A stretch of DNA of 32,000 nt. Source: Methylocaldum marinum (GTDB lineage: Bacteria > Pseudomonadota > Gammaproteobacteria > Methylococcales > Methylococcaceae). The position numbers were made by a program, and so were the translations under genes. The stretch is from assembly GCF_003584645.1 (NCBI RefSeq), contig NZ_AP017928.1:1928395-1960394 (forward strand). Direction: 5' to 3'. Under the pieces are notes generated by a model. It saw only the letters and a list, made by a program, of their open reading frames with translations, was not told the origin of the DNA and did not search any database. Below, one piece after another: positions 10,776 to 20,298 of this stretch (position 1 is its first letter; each line of letters starts with the position of its first letter).

Positions 10776-11372
10776 CTAATCTATCCCCAGCCCCTGAGCA
10801 AGGAATCTACCCCTACGGGGAATACTCCCAGCAGGAAAGCGGCGATAAATCCCATCCAGCTTCGCATCGTACGCTTCGATAGTATTCAGATCGTTCCGGC
10901 ACGCTTGCATGGCGCGGGCGAACGCCTGGCAAAATTCACTCTCCAAACTTACCAGTCGAATGCCGCCGGTAAGCCGAGAGGTAATATCCACCAGCACCAT
11001 ATTCAAGCGCCACCGCACCGTGTCATCCGGAATTGAAGGGACGTACCCGTGGTTTGCAACTGGGTGGACCGGACATTCCTGCCATTCAATCAACGGCCGA
11101 TGCACGAAACGGCCGCCCTCGAATGCCGATTGATCGAACCGGACGCAGACAAAAGGTATCCGCTCGACTTCCACCAGGACGAACTCGGCGATTCCGGTGA
11201 CAAAAGCTTGGCTCTCCGCGGCGGATGGGTGGAGTACGCCCAGCACCAGATCGCAACTGGTATTGCCCGCCGCACCGGCCTCTCTTTCCTGCGTGAAATA
11301 CCGAAACACACACCCCTTGCCGATCGGTCTGGGGTAGGGACGCCCAACTCTCGGGTTGAGCCGGTGTGTCAT
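10776..11372 (-). CDS. Hypothetical protein (about 198-206 aa)
   Basis: Longest ORF in this interval (track 10776..11396; alternative ATG at 11372). The sequence looks protein-like ('FCQAFARAMQACRNDLNTIEAYDAKLDGIY'), but I saw no SD and recognise no family. Confidence 0.4.
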   Translation of the reverse strand: MTHRLNPRVGRPYPRPIGKGCVFRYFTQEREAGAAGNTSCDLVLGVLHPSAAESQAFVTGIAEFVLVEVERIPFVCVRFDQSAFEGGRFVHRPLIEWQECPVHPVANHGYVPSIPDDTVRWRLNMVLVDITSRLTGGIRLVSLESEFCQAFARAMQACRNDLNTIEAYDAKLDGIYRRFPAGSIPRRGRFLAQGLGID

Positions 11373-11667
11373 GGGATTTTCTGACTGCTGCGCCATAAAG
11401 ATGTTCTACCGGTGTTGGGAGGTACAAGGGACAAGTCTGTAAGCATTCCGACATTTTGAACGCCAATCGCGAGAAGCTCTGCCGTCCTGAGTTGCTGTAT
11501 TCCGCATGAGTCCGCGTCGCCGACATGGCCGCGTTCACTTATCAGCCTCAGGCAATTTATATCAAGCAATATTACTGCCAACACAGGTATGGCGATGACA
11601 ATGAAATGTCCGGGCTCTTACTGTGCGTAAAGAAAGTAAAGTCCTATTCGAATCACCCTCACCCCAA

Positions 11668-11815
11668 CCCTCTCCCAGAGGGTTCATCTTTACCCACAAA
11701 TCTCAAAAACCATGCAAAACAAATAACTTATAATTTTTGCTGTCTTTTGCCGATAATATTGATTTTATTGACAGTTTCTTAATTTTTGGGCAAAGGTAAA
11801 CCCAGAGGTAGAGGG
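11668..11815. repeat. Imperfect ~33-bp inverted repeats flanking an ~80-bp AT-rich core (MITE-like or cruciform)
   Basis: 11668-11700 (CCCTCTCCCAGAGGGTTCATCTTTACCCACAAA) against the reverse complement of 11783-11815 (CCCTCTACCTCTGGGTTTACCTTTGCCCAAAAA), 25/33 matches counted by hand. Confidence 0.35.
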
Positions 11816-11896
11816 GCTCTTGTGGCTTTACCTTATTGACCATTAGTAACTGCTGTCACGCGAATGTTTGGCCTACTTTGGCATGATGCGGTGTAC

Positions 11897-12030
11897 GATC
11901 AGCCGGCAGACCCAACTTCGTTTATCGAATTCATGCCGGGCGCGAGACTGTAGCAACCGATCAAGTAGGCGATCAAATAGCGGCATTGATCCGCGCAATC
12001 GGGACCGGCAAATTGGGCGGCAACGATTTG
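11897..12030 (+). pseudogene. Remnant of a further Fic-family gene tail (paralogue of 9224-9376)
   Basis: DNA and peptide similarity to the second Fic gene: 'DQPADPTSFIEFMPGA' then, after a small deletion/frameshift, 'ATDQVGDQIAALIRAIGTGKLGGNDL'. Compare 'DQQANATPFIEFMLGA...STDQVGDQVTALIRAIGNGELGSNDL'. Stops occur in every frame nearby. Confidence 0.6.
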
Positions 12031-12199
12031 CGGTCCTAAAGCACCTGCTGCATATCCCGCAACCCGACTCCTCGCCATATTCCGTTTTTCCACATTTACA
12101 ATCACTTACACTCGCCGCAAAAATTTTTTTTGCCGGGAGTGAGGGATTAGCCCCGCCCATACGTCTTTAGGTTTAAGGATTAACAAAAAAGGTATCGTC

Positions 12200-12619
12200 A
12201 TGACGATCAAGCAAGGCCGCCCATTTTCGAGCCGAACGGTCGATTCGACGGGAACTCGATCCGCCGAAGCCGGAACGACGAGCGCACCGGAGTTTCCTTC
12301 CGCCCGCTATTTCCAGATTCATTTCGAGTATCTCGAACAGTTGCTAGGCGACATACGTTTGCACCTGGATGCGCTGCGCCAGCAAGTCGCCGATTTTCAG
12401 CAAAGCTCCGGTTCCGTCGGAAACGAAGCGTACCAATGCTCTATGCCGGAAAGACCGGCTGTACACCAAGCCGCCGAGGAGCCCGCGACGGAATACTATG
12501 CGCCGCCTGCCCCGGCCGGGCCGGCGCTTTCGCTCCAGGAGGTCGGCAAGCGCCAAAAGACACGGCGAAAGCCTTCCAGCGCCGTCGGCCCCGTGTTCGG
12601 AACGGTATCCGGAGAATGA
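12200..12619 (+). CDS. Hypothetical protein (139 aa), translationally coupled to tonB
   Basis: ATG 12200 preceded by AAAAAAGG. Its stop overlaps the tonB ATG (ATGA at 12616-12619). Central helical segment 'YFQIHFEYLEQLLGDIRLHLDALRQQVADF'. No family recognised. Confidence 0.55.
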   Translation: MTIKQGRPFSSRTVDSTGTRSAEAGTTSAPEFPSARYFQIHFEYLEQLLGDIRLHLDALRQQVADFQQSSGSVGNEAYQCSMPERPAVHQAAEEPATEYYAPPAPAGPALSLQEVGKRQKTRRKPSSAVGPVFGTVSGE

Positions 12620-13371
12620 GCGCCTATTTCGTTTCCGGGAATACCCCGTATGATGGGTCCGGAGGTCCCCCCGTCGCGATAGCCGATGTTCCGTTCACCT
12701 GGAAGCGACCGCTCGCCGTGCTTGCCGCTATTTGTCTGGCTGCCGTTCTGCATGGTCTGCTCTTGTTCTGGTACGTCAATCGTCCGGAACCGCTGCCTTT
12801 CACTGAAGCGGCACCCCTACCGATGATCGACATGGTTTTGTCGGCACCGCCCGCACCGGCGGTCACCCAGCCGGATACGCCTCCCCCGCCGGTACCCCCG
12901 AAGGAAGAGAAAAAACCCGATCCCAAACCGGTGAAAAAGCCCAAGCCCAAGCCGAAACCGGTGCGAAAAGATTCCGCGGTCAAGAAAGCCGAGCCGCAAG
13001 AGCAGGAAACGGTTGATAGCGCGCCGCCGGCACCGGCGGCGCCTCCCGCGCCTGTCCAAGACCGCGCGGCTGCGCCACGCAACGACACCTACACACCCGC
13101 CAGTTCGAACGCCAACTACCTGAACAATCCAAAACCGATTTACCCCGGCATCGCCCGCCGCCGCCACTGGGAAGGCCTGGTCGTACTGAGGGTTTACGTC
13201 ACCGCCGATGGCCATTGCGGCAAGGTGTCGGTGCAACGTTCGAGCGGCCATGACGTGCTTGACGAAGCGGCGCTCGAGGCGGTGAAGAAATGGCGCTTCG
13301 TGCCGGCGAAGCGCGGCGACGTCGCACAAGCAAGCTGGGTCACGGTGCCCATCGAATTCCAACTGGAATAA
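12616..13371 (+). CDS. tonB: Energy transducer TonB
   Basis: TM anchor 'LAVLAAICLAAVLHGLLLFWYV', Pro/Lys-rich spacer 'PPPPVPPKEEKKPDPKPVKKPKPKPKP', and C-terminal TonB_C 'YPGIARRRHWEGLVVLRVYV...GHDVLDEAALEAVKKWRFVPA'. ATG 12616 preferred over the track start 12436. Confidence 0.9.
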   Translation: MSAYFVSGNTPYDGSGGPPVAIADVPFTWKRPLAVLAAICLAAVLHGLLLFWYVNRPEPLPFTEAAPLPMIDMVLSAPPAPAVTQPDTPPPPVPPKEEKKPDPKPVKKPKPKPKPVRKDSAVKKAEPQEQETVDSAPPAPAAPPAPVQDRAAAPRNDTYTPASSNANYLNNPKPIYPGIARRRHWEGLVVLRVYVTADGHCGKVSVQRSSGHDVLDEAALEAVKKWRFVPAKRGDVAQASWVTVPIEFQLE

Positions 13372-13603
13372 CCCGGAGGAACGGAGCGTCTCATTGAACC
13401 AGTCGGGCAATGGCCGGAATTTCGTCCTTGACGGCCGGCTCTCGCATGCCACAGTCCGTCCATCGCCGCAAATCGGCGGTTCCCTTTGCGGTAAGCGAAT
13501 AAGCGGGCAGCCAACATCGGGATTCAGGGGCCACGGCTGATCCTCGGCCAACGAGACGCGTCCTGGACATTAAAAAAACTAGAGTGAAACGCGAGAGGAG
13601 ATC

Positions 13604-14293
13604 ATGTTAAACCTGTCGGAAACCGCCATCGTCGATGGCACTCTCTGCTTGCTCGGCTGCTTTTCCCTGCTGACCTGGAGCGTGATTCTCCTGAAGGCGG
13701 GGGAACTTGGCCTCAACAAGCTGCGCAACCGCACCTTCCTGAATTCCGTCCGTAACGGTCTGGAGACGGGTTCCGACCCGGACCTGCCGGCCGGCGGCGC
13801 AGCTCAACTCGCCCGGGTGAGGGCGTGCGGACTGAAGACACTGGCTCAGGCCAAGGTACAGCTCACATTACGCGGCGATATGTACGAAGCTTGGCACGAC
13901 CTGATGGAACGCGCCATGCGCCTGCAGGTTCAGAAGGAAAAGGCCCGCATGGACTCAGGTCTCGGCTGGCTGGCCAGCATCGGCAGCACGGCCCCGTTCG
14001 TGGGCCTGTTCGGCACCGTGTGGGGCATCATGCACGCCCTCAAGGACATAGGCGAAAAGGGCTCAGCGAGCCTTGAAGTCGTGGCGGGTCCCATCGGCGA
14101 AGCGTTAATCGCAACTGCCTTGGGCATTGCCGTGGCGATTCCGGCAGTCATCGCCTACAACTTCTTCCTGCGCCAGAACCGGCGCATCGTGGTCACGCTC
14201 GACCACTTTGCCAGCGAGTTTCTGCATGCAACGATCCAGAACCATCTAACCCAACAAACGGTGACCGAAAATGGCCGTACAACTGCCCACTGA
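13604..14293 (+). CDS. exbB: MotA/TolQ/ExbB proton-channel protein (ExbB)
   Basis: SD GAGGAG precedes the ATG. 'APFVGLFGTVWGIMHAL' and 'GPIGEALIATALGIAVAIPAVIAYNFF' are signature segments. Lies next to tonB and exbD. Confidence 0.92.
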   Translation: MLNLSETAIVDGTLCLLGCFSLLTWSVILLKAGELGLNKLRNRTFLNSVRNGLETGSDPDLPAGGAAQLARVRACGLKTLAQAKVQLTLRGDMYEAWHDLMERAMRLQVQKEKARMDSGLGWLASIGSTAPFVGLFGTVWGIMHALKDIGEKGSASLEVVAGPIGEALIATALGIAVAIPAVIAYNFFLRQNRRIVVTLDHFASEFLHATIQNHLTQQTVTENGRTTAH

Positions 14294-14681
14294 CGATGAC
14301 GGCGGCGAATTGAGCGAAATCAACGTCACGCCGCTAGTCGACGTGATGCTGGTGCTCCTGGTGGTGTTCATCGTTACCGCGCCGCTACTGACTCAGGTAG
14401 TCCGGGTGAAATTACCCGAGACCGAACAAACCGAACCGGCACCCGACCAGCATATCGCCATCCTCAGCGTGACCGCAGACGGACAGCCGCTGGTGGACGA
14501 TCGTCCGGTCCCGCTGGCATCGCTGGAAATGGAATTGAAAGCCTTACAGGAACGCGATCCGGACATCCGTGTTCAACTCCAGGCCGACCGGGCGGCGATA
14601 TTCGATGCCGTGGCCAAGGTCATGGCCAGCGCCCAGCGTTCCGGAATAGGCAAGCTGTCCTTCGTGACCGTCCAGCAATAA
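14271..14681 (+). CDS. exbD: Biopolymer transport protein ExbD/TolR
   Basis: 'EINVTPLVDVMLVLLVVFIVTAP' is the signature TM segment. Overlaps the end of exbB by 23 nt. Confidence 0.92.
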   Translation: MAVQLPTDDDGGELSEINVTPLVDVMLVLLVVFIVTAPLLTQVVRVKLPETEQTEPAPDQHIAILSVTADGQPLVDDRPVPLASLEMELKALQERDPDIRVQLQADRAAIFDAVAKVMASAQRSGIGKLSFVTVQQ

Positions 14682-15084
14682 AACAGGACTGCCTGCCGGC
14701 CGCGCCCTTCGCTGAACCGAAAGACGGAGTCTGCCGGATACCGGGCTGGGTCATGTGCTTCGTCCACCAACCTGGGAGGGTCGTCTGTCCACGAAGGGGC
14801 TCCCTGCGGACAGAAACGACGCTGCCGGGCACGTCCGCCGGCACTGCCATTGGGCGCATGGCGGCTTCACTCGATCGGTAATGCCGCACTTCTTTGCGCA
14901 GCCTTCCTCGCTCTTGATACCCGAATAAATACCCTCATTACCTGCAACTCGGAGAAAAATCGGACCGACCAAGCGACTGCGGCCATTCGGTGAAAAATCG
15001 GTGGCTCCCATCCGGCCTGCCGTGGTTCATCAGATGCAATATATTTAGCGAATGAAAGTCTGAATGGTCATGGAGGTGTGCAGA

Positions 15085-15450
15085 ATGAATATCGATGTCT
15101 CGAACATCCGAAACGACAGGTCGCTTTCCTGTCTCCTTTATTTGTATCTGTGGCCGCTCTGGATCTTTGAGAACGTCAACGTCGGTTCGTTCCTCGAGCG
15201 CGCCGCAGCTTACCGCCGCAACCGCTCGAGGCGTGTCTACCTACCCGGCTACACCGCGAAATGGACCGTCATATTCGGGCTGCTCATGGCCATGCTGTCC
15301 GCGCTCGAATGCATGGGAAACGTCTTTGCCGCATGGAAATTCTCGTTCATGCTTCTCGCATGCGGAACCGGCATACTGGCGATTCTCGCGTTCGTGGTTG
15401 TGGTGATGACCATCGCCATCTATCTGTTGCTGACTCATTGGAAGTTCTGA
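15085..15450 (+). CDS. Hypothetical small membrane protein (121 aa)
   Basis: GGAGG lies 8 nt upstream of ATG 15085. About three hydrophobic helices ('LLYLYLWPLWIF', 'WTVIFGLLMAMLSAL', 'LACGTGILAILAFVVVVMTIAIYLLL'). Confidence 0.5.
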   Translation: MNIDVSNIRNDRSLSCLLYLYLWPLWIFENVNVGSFLERAAAYRRNRSRRVYLPGYTAKWTVIFGLLMAMLSALECMGNVFAAWKFSFMLLACGTGILAILAFVVVVMTIAIYLLLTHWKF

Positions 15451-15837
15451 GAGTCGGCCTGCGCCGCAGCCGACAGGCCACGAACGCCGGAAGTGTTGCG
15501 CGCATCAGCTGCTCTCACCGAACTCGGCCCGGGACCTTCCGCTCTAATCCGATCGGACGCTGTCCTCATGCAAGATCCACATGCCCTTCCCGGCGCGTCC
15601 AAAACCTTTCGACACGCCATAAGGACTTTTCCTTCCGAGGAGCCTCCTTTACGCACGCGGCATTTCAACGTCCACAGTAGCAAGGGATCATCGCCGGCAC
15701 CTACTGCGAAACAAGAAAGAAAGGCGTAAATTAAGGCTTTCCAGGGCCGTAGGCCGCGCAGATCGCGAGGTAGCCGAGCTCTCGATCCTGCGCGACCGCA
15801 ATGTTCGGCCGTCGAACTTTCCTGAAAGGTCAACACG

Positions 15838-16224
15838 ATGCTGAGACAAATGATTTCGGAACGGCTGAAAGCCGATGCCAAAAATCTCACCGAGAACGAT
15901 ATCAAGCGGGTGATGGAAAAAGCCGACAACATCAAACAGACCTTCGAGTCCAAAGGCCCGCTCGGGCGTTTTCTAAGAGATGCCAAACTGATGATGGCGC
16001 TGCTGCGGGACTACCGGAACGGCACATATCGCGAAATCCCATGGTATGCGCTTTCGGCAGTCGCCGCCGCCCTCCTCTACGTCTTGAGCCCGCTCGATTT
16101 CATTCCGGATGTGATCCCGATCCTGGGGTACACGGACGACGCGCTGATGATGAGCGTCTGTCTGCTGCTGGTCGAGCACGAACTTGACGACTACCAATCG
16201 CGAACGACCGGCAAGCCCGCCTGA
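15838..16224 (+). CDS. DUF1232 (YkvA-like) membrane protein
   Basis: 'YVLSPLDFIPDVIPILGYTDDALMM' matches the DUF1232 signature SPxDxIPDxIPxxGxxDD. Confidence 0.8.
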   Translation: MLRQMISERLKADAKNLTENDIKRVMEKADNIKQTFESKGPLGRFLRDAKLMMALLRDYRNGTYREIPWYALSAVAAALLYVLSPLDFIPDVIPILGYTDDALMMSVCLLLVEHELDDYQSRTTGKPA

Positions 16225-16608
16225 ACCGGCGAATTCCACCATATCGGGCACGTATCGGCGCCTCGTCTGTCAGAACCGGCGGCTTCGATCAATGCTCTCC
16301 GATATTCCGATAGGTAAGCCCACGTATTTTCCGAACCGGCTTCGAACGATTTAATATTTGCCGCTCGGCCGGTATCCGCTGCCGTTTGCAGATGGTTTCG
16401 CCGATTACGAAACGGGAAGTTTCATTTCGGGCACCCCGGGAGCCATGGCTTCCGGCCCTCTCCGGAGATGGCGGGTACCCGTACCGAGCGATGGTACCGC
16501 AGACATATGCGGTCGGCCTTCCGGGTCCGGAAATTCAGGTTTAGCCTGTCATCTCCGTTCGACTCTCCTGCAAACAGACGCAAAGCCATGAATCACGTTT
16601 CTTCCTCG

Positions 16609-19056
16609 TCACGATTGCCTCGCTGGGCACGGACCGCCGCCCGCCTCTTCGTCGCTCGGCAGATGTTCAAAACATTCTCCCGGCTGACCGTCGGCGGCCC
16701 CGTTTCGAGACTGTTCGCCCTGGTCGAATTGGTCCGTATGGCCCGGAGAAGGCAGCGCATCTGATCGATTCAATTCACCGGCAAACGACGTCCATCTTTG
16801 GCGCAGCGTTCTCGCCGCCTCCACCATGTGAGCCATGGCTTGTTCCACCTCGGGCCAGGCACGGGTTTTAAGCCCGCAGTCGGGATTGACCCAGAGCCGC
16901 TCCGGAGAAATCACCTCGCACGCTTTCTCCAGTAGGCGCAGCATCTCCTCTTTGGCCGGCACGCGCGGTGAATGAATGTCATAGACGCCCGGCCCGACGT
17001 CGTTGGGATACTGAAAATCACGGAAAGCCGTCAGCAAATCCATGCCGGAACGGGAGGTTTCGATGGTAATCACGTCCGCGTCCAGATCGGCGATCGCCGG
17101 TAGTATGTCGGCGAACTCCGAATAGCACATATGGGTGTGGATCTGGGTATCGTCCGCAACGCCCGACGACGCCAGGCGAAATGCTTTTACCGCCCAGGCC
17201 AGATAGTCGTCCCGGTCGCGCCGCTTGAGCGGCAATCCTTCCCGAATGGCGGGTTCGTCGATCTGAATGGCCGCAACGCCCGCTTGCTCCAGGTCCAGGA
17301 CTTCGTCGCGAATGGCCAGGGCGATCTGGAGAGCGGTAGCGGACCGAGGCTGGTCGTCGCGCACGAAGGACCATTGCAGGATGGTCACGGGTCCGGTCAG
17401 CATGCCTTTGACCGGCTTTCGGGCCTGTCTCTGGGCGTAACTGATCCATTCCACCGTCATCGGCCGGGGCCTGGAAACGTCGCCGACGATGATCGGCGGT
17501 TTGACGCAGCGCGAGCCGTAACTCTGTACCCAGCCATAGCGCGTAAAGACGAAACCCTCCAGTTGCTCGCCGAAATACTCCACCATGTCGTTGCGCTCGG
17601 CCTCGCCGTGCACCAGGAGATCCAGCCCGAGCGCTTCCTGCTTGCCTATGGCTTCGCGTACCGCCTTGCGCATGGTTTCCCGGTAAACGGCCTCGTTCAG
17701 CTCCCCTTTTCGGTAATCGGCGCGGGCCTTGCGGATATCCGCAGTCTGCGGGAAAGAACCGATCGTGGTGGTGGGAAAAACCGGCAGGCGCAGCCGTTCC
17801 CGCTGCAATGCGATACGTTCCGAAAACGGCGAATAACGCCGATAATCCGCTTCGGTCAGCCGCTCGAGTCGCGCCGTAACCGCCGGATTGCGAACCCTCG
17901 CCGATTTCGCCCGGTCGCCTAACACACGATCCTGTGTCTCCAACTCGCTTCGAATCGCCTCCACGCCCAGCCGCAAGCCTTTGTCGACGGTGGCCAGCTC
18001 CTGAAGCTTTTGTACCGCAAAAGCCAGCCAAGACCTGATCTCCGGATCCAGTTCGCTTTCCGATTCCAGGTCGGCCGGCACGTGCAGCAGCGAACAGCTG
18101 GGCGCCAGCCACAGCCGCTCCCCCAAGCGGGTACGGGCGGTCTCGGCCAACGCAAGTGCGCGCCCGAGATCCGTGCGCCAGATGTTGCGTCCGTCGACGA
18201 GCCCCAGCGACAGAACCTTGTCCGCGGGGTAGCTGTCAAGAAAGACCGGCACCTGGACCGGCCCTCTCACGGCATCGATGTGCAATCCGGCGACCGGCAG
18301 ATCTTTCATCAGATCCGCCTGTTCCGCCGCGGAATCGAAATAGGTCGCGAGGAGAATCTTCGGCCCCGCCGCGGCCAGTTCCCGGTAAGCCTCACGATAG
18401 CCGGCGAGCCATTCGGGCGGCAGGTCGAGCACCAGGGCCGGTTCGTCCATCTGCACCCAGACAACGCCCAGGTCCCGGAGCCGTCGCAGGATTTCCGCGT
18501 ACACCGGTATCAGGCGCGGCAGCAAGGCCAAACGTTCGAAACCGTCTTCCTTCGCCTTGCCCAGATATAGATAAGTCAGCGGACCGATCAGCACGGGCTT
18601 CGGATTGAACCTTAGGGCCGCGGCTTCCTCAACCTCTTCGAACAGCCATTCCGTGCCGAGGCGGAATGTCGTGTCGCGATGGAACTCCGGGACGATATAG
18701 TGATAGTTGGTATCGAACCACTTGGTCATTTCCATGGCCGGCTGATGCTTGCCGCCTCGGGCCAGTTCGAAATAGCGGTCGAGATCCGGCGTTTCCTCAC
18801 CGAAATCGAAGCGTTCGGGAACGGCACCCAACAATACCGTCATGTTCAGCATCTGGTCGTAATAGGCGAAATCGCCCACCGGCACCAGATCGATCCCGCT
18901 CCGGCCCTGGAGTTGCCAATGGCGTTCGCGCAAGCGTCGGCCGCTCTCCTGCAAATCCGAAAGGCCGATCTTACCGCTCCAATAGGCTTCCAAAGCCTGC
19001 TTCAACTCGCGTCGAGCACCGATGCGGGGAAAGCCCAAAGAATGCGTAACCGCCAT
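16609..19056 (-). CDS. metE: Cobalamin-independent methionine synthase (5-methyltetrahydropteroyltriglutamate--homocysteine S-methyltransferase), with an atypical ~60-aa C-terminal extension
   Basis: SD AGAGGAG precedes the ATG. '[19 protein letters not shown]', '[10 protein letters not shown]', 'HMCYSEF' and '[12 protein letters not shown]' are MetE hallmarks. The conserved end ('[12 protein letters not shown]') falls at about residue 755 of 815. Confidence 0.95.
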   Translation of the reverse strand: MAVTHSLGFPRIGARRELKQALEAYWSGKIGLSDLQESGRRLRERHWQLQGRSGIDLVPVGDFAYYDQMLNMTVLLGAVPERFDFGEETPDLDRYFELARGGKHQPAMEMTKWFDTNYHYIVPEFHRDTTFRLGTEWLFEEVEEAAALRFNPKPVLIGPLTYLYLGKAKEDGFERLALLPRLIPVYAEILRRLRDLGVVWVQMDEPALVLDLPPEWLAGYREAYRELAAAGPKILLATYFDSAAEQADLMKDLPVAGLHIDAVRGPVQVPVFLDSYPADKVLSLGLVDGRNIWRTDLGRALALAETARTRLGERLWLAPSCSLLHVPADLESESELDPEIRSWLAFAVQKLQELATVDKGLRLGVEAIRSELETQDRVLGDRAKSARVRNPAVTARLERLTEADYRRYSPFSERIALQRERLRLPVFPTTTIGSFPQTADIRKARADYRKGELNEAVYRETMRKAVREAIGKQEALGLDLLVHGEAERNDMVEYFGEQLEGFVFTRYGWVQSYGSRCVKPPIIVGDVSRPRPMTVEWISYAQRQARKPVKGMLTGPVTILQWSFVRDDQPRSATALQIALAIRDEVLDLEQAGVAAIQIDEPAIREGLPLKRRDRDDYLAWAVKAFRLASSGVADDTQIHTHMCYSEFADILPAIADLDADVITIETSRSGMDLLTAFRDFQYPNDVGPGVYDIHSPRVPAKEEMLRLLEKACEVISPERLWVNPDCGLKTRAWPEVEQAMAHMVEAARTLRQRWTSFAGELNRSDALPSPGHTDQFDQGEQSRNGAADGQPGECFEHLPSDEEAGGGPCPARQS

Positions 19057-19107
19057 GAATCTGCTCCTCTTGTAAATGGATTCGGAGCTGGCATGATCGG
19101 TTCACGA

Positions 19108-19120
19108 TGATTATTATTCA
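19108..19120. promoter_or_regulatory. Candidate MetR box TGATTATTATTCA in the metE-metR divergent region
   Basis: One mismatch to the enterobacterial MetR consensus TGAA-N5-TTCA. Lies in the 100-bp AT-rich divergent intergenic region. Confidence 0.3.
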
Positions 19121-19156
19121 AACTCAAGTTTTTCATAATCTTCATCGATTTTATTC

Positions 19157-20083
19157 ATGGTCCAATCGATTCTTGAGCTGCGCCATCTGCAAACCCTGTT
19201 GGCCCTGGTGGAAACCGGAACCTTATCCCGCGCTGCGGCTCGGCTGTATCTCACTCAGTCCGCCATTTCCCATCAGATCAAGCAATTGGAAGAGCACTAC
19301 GGCATCAGCCTGTTCGAGCGCAAGAGCCGGCCGCTGCGCCTGTCGCCCGCGGGCCAGCGCTTGCATACGCTGGCGGAAACCGTCACGAAACTGGTCGGAG
19401 AGGCGGAACGGGACATCGCCCGCATTGCCCAGGGCGAAGCCGGCCAGCTCCGCATCGCGGTGGAATGTCATACCTGCTTCGATTGGCTCATGCCGGCCAT
19501 GGACCGATTCCGGGAACACTGGCCGGAAATCGAGCTGGACCTGGTCTCAGGCTTTCACACCGATCCCTTGGCCCTGCTGCTGGAAAATCGCGCGGAACTG
19601 GTCGTGGTTTCGGAACCTCGGCCGCGCAAGGGAGTCGCTTTCCATCCGCTGTTCGGTTTCGAAATCGTCGGCCTGGTCTCGCGACAGCATGCTTTCGCTT
19701 CAAAAGCCTTTCTGAAACCCGAGGATTTTGCCGAGGAAACCTTGATCAGCTACCCGGTACCGGAAGACATGCTGGACATCGTGCGCAAGGTATTGAAACC
19801 GGTCGGGATTGAACCGAAGCGGCGCACGGCCGAACTGACCGTAGCCATACTGCAATTGGTCGCCAGCCGGCGCGGTATTGCGGCCTTGCCCAATTGGACG
19901 GTGCAGAACTATCTGGAGCGGGACTACGTTCTTGGGAAGCCGATCGGGAAAAAAGGTCTTTGGAGCGCCTTGTACGCGGCGACCACCGCATCGATGTCGG
20001 AGTCGCCGTTCATGCTGGACTTTCTCGATACCGTTCGTTCCTGCAGTTTCCGAAACCTCCGGGGACTTCAACCGCTGGCATAG
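19157..20083 (+). CDS. metR: LysR-family transcriptional activator MetR
   Basis: LysR HTH 'LRHLQTLLALVETGTLSRAAARLYLTQSAISHQIKQLE'. 'RIAVECHTCFDWLMPAM', 'GIAALPNWTV' and 'GLWSALYAA' parallel E. coli MetR. Transcribed divergently from metE. Confidence 0.88.
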   Translation: MVQSILELRHLQTLLALVETGTLSRAAARLYLTQSAISHQIKQLEEHYGISLFERKSRPLRLSPAGQRLHTLAETVTKLVGEAERDIARIAQGEAGQLRIAVECHTCFDWLMPAMDRFREHWPEIELDLVSGFHTDPLALLLENRAELVVVSEPRPRKGVAFHPLFGFEIVGLVSRQHAFASKAFLKPEDFAEETLISYPVPEDMLDIVRKVLKPVGIEPKRRTAELTVAILQLVASRRGIAALPNWTVQNYLERDYVLGKPIGKKGLWSALYAATTASMSESPFMLDFLDTVRSCSFRNLRGLQPLA

Positions 20084-20298
20084 CCGCTTGACGTCTCCGA
20101 AATCGGCGCGTACGTATTTTTGCGTGCTTACACGGCAGGCAAACGGCGTTTGAATAAAGCCCTCCTTTACTTTTCCGCCCCCGATCTTTTGTTTCTTCAG
20201 CAACGACCACAACGTGTTCCGGCTTCGATTGCACGGCCTAACCGTCGAATCCAGCTCCACCCGATGTCATTCACATATCGAGGCGCTTTGTGCGTATA

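Noticed and set aside
10422-11036. A 204-aa plus-strand ORF
   Set aside because: It starts inside the transposase gene in another frame, crosses the IS end, and is meaningful only for about 45 codons of the Fic tail. The rest is unsupported read-through that overlaps the minus-strand ORF.
11752-11770. A Fur box (GATAATATTGATTTTATTG) upstream of the tonB operon
   Set aside because: It matches only 11/19 positions of the consensus GATAATGATAATCATTATC. It lies about 430 bp from the first ORF of the operon, inside generally AT-rich DNA.
12436-12615. N-terminal extension of TonB to the first start in the track
   Set aside because: The extension lies entirely inside the upstream ORF in another frame and is Arg/Ala/Gly-rich. 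ATG 12616 gives a normal TonB N-terminus with an ATGA overlap.
16340-16600. A structured RNA (B12-riboswitch-like 'AACGGGAAG', SRP-like 'GGTCCGGAA') in the DUF1232/metE convergent gap
   Set aside because: Only short fragments resemble the consensus. The B12 box, the GCCACTG element and the SRP 'GGAAGCAGCC' motif are all absent, and no gene downstream would be controlled.
19057-19156. A cobalamin or SAM riboswitch in front of metE
   Set aside because: The leader is only 100 bp, AT-rich and shared with the divergent metR. I saw no B12-box-like or SAM-I-like conserved segments, so regulation by MetR is the simpler reading.
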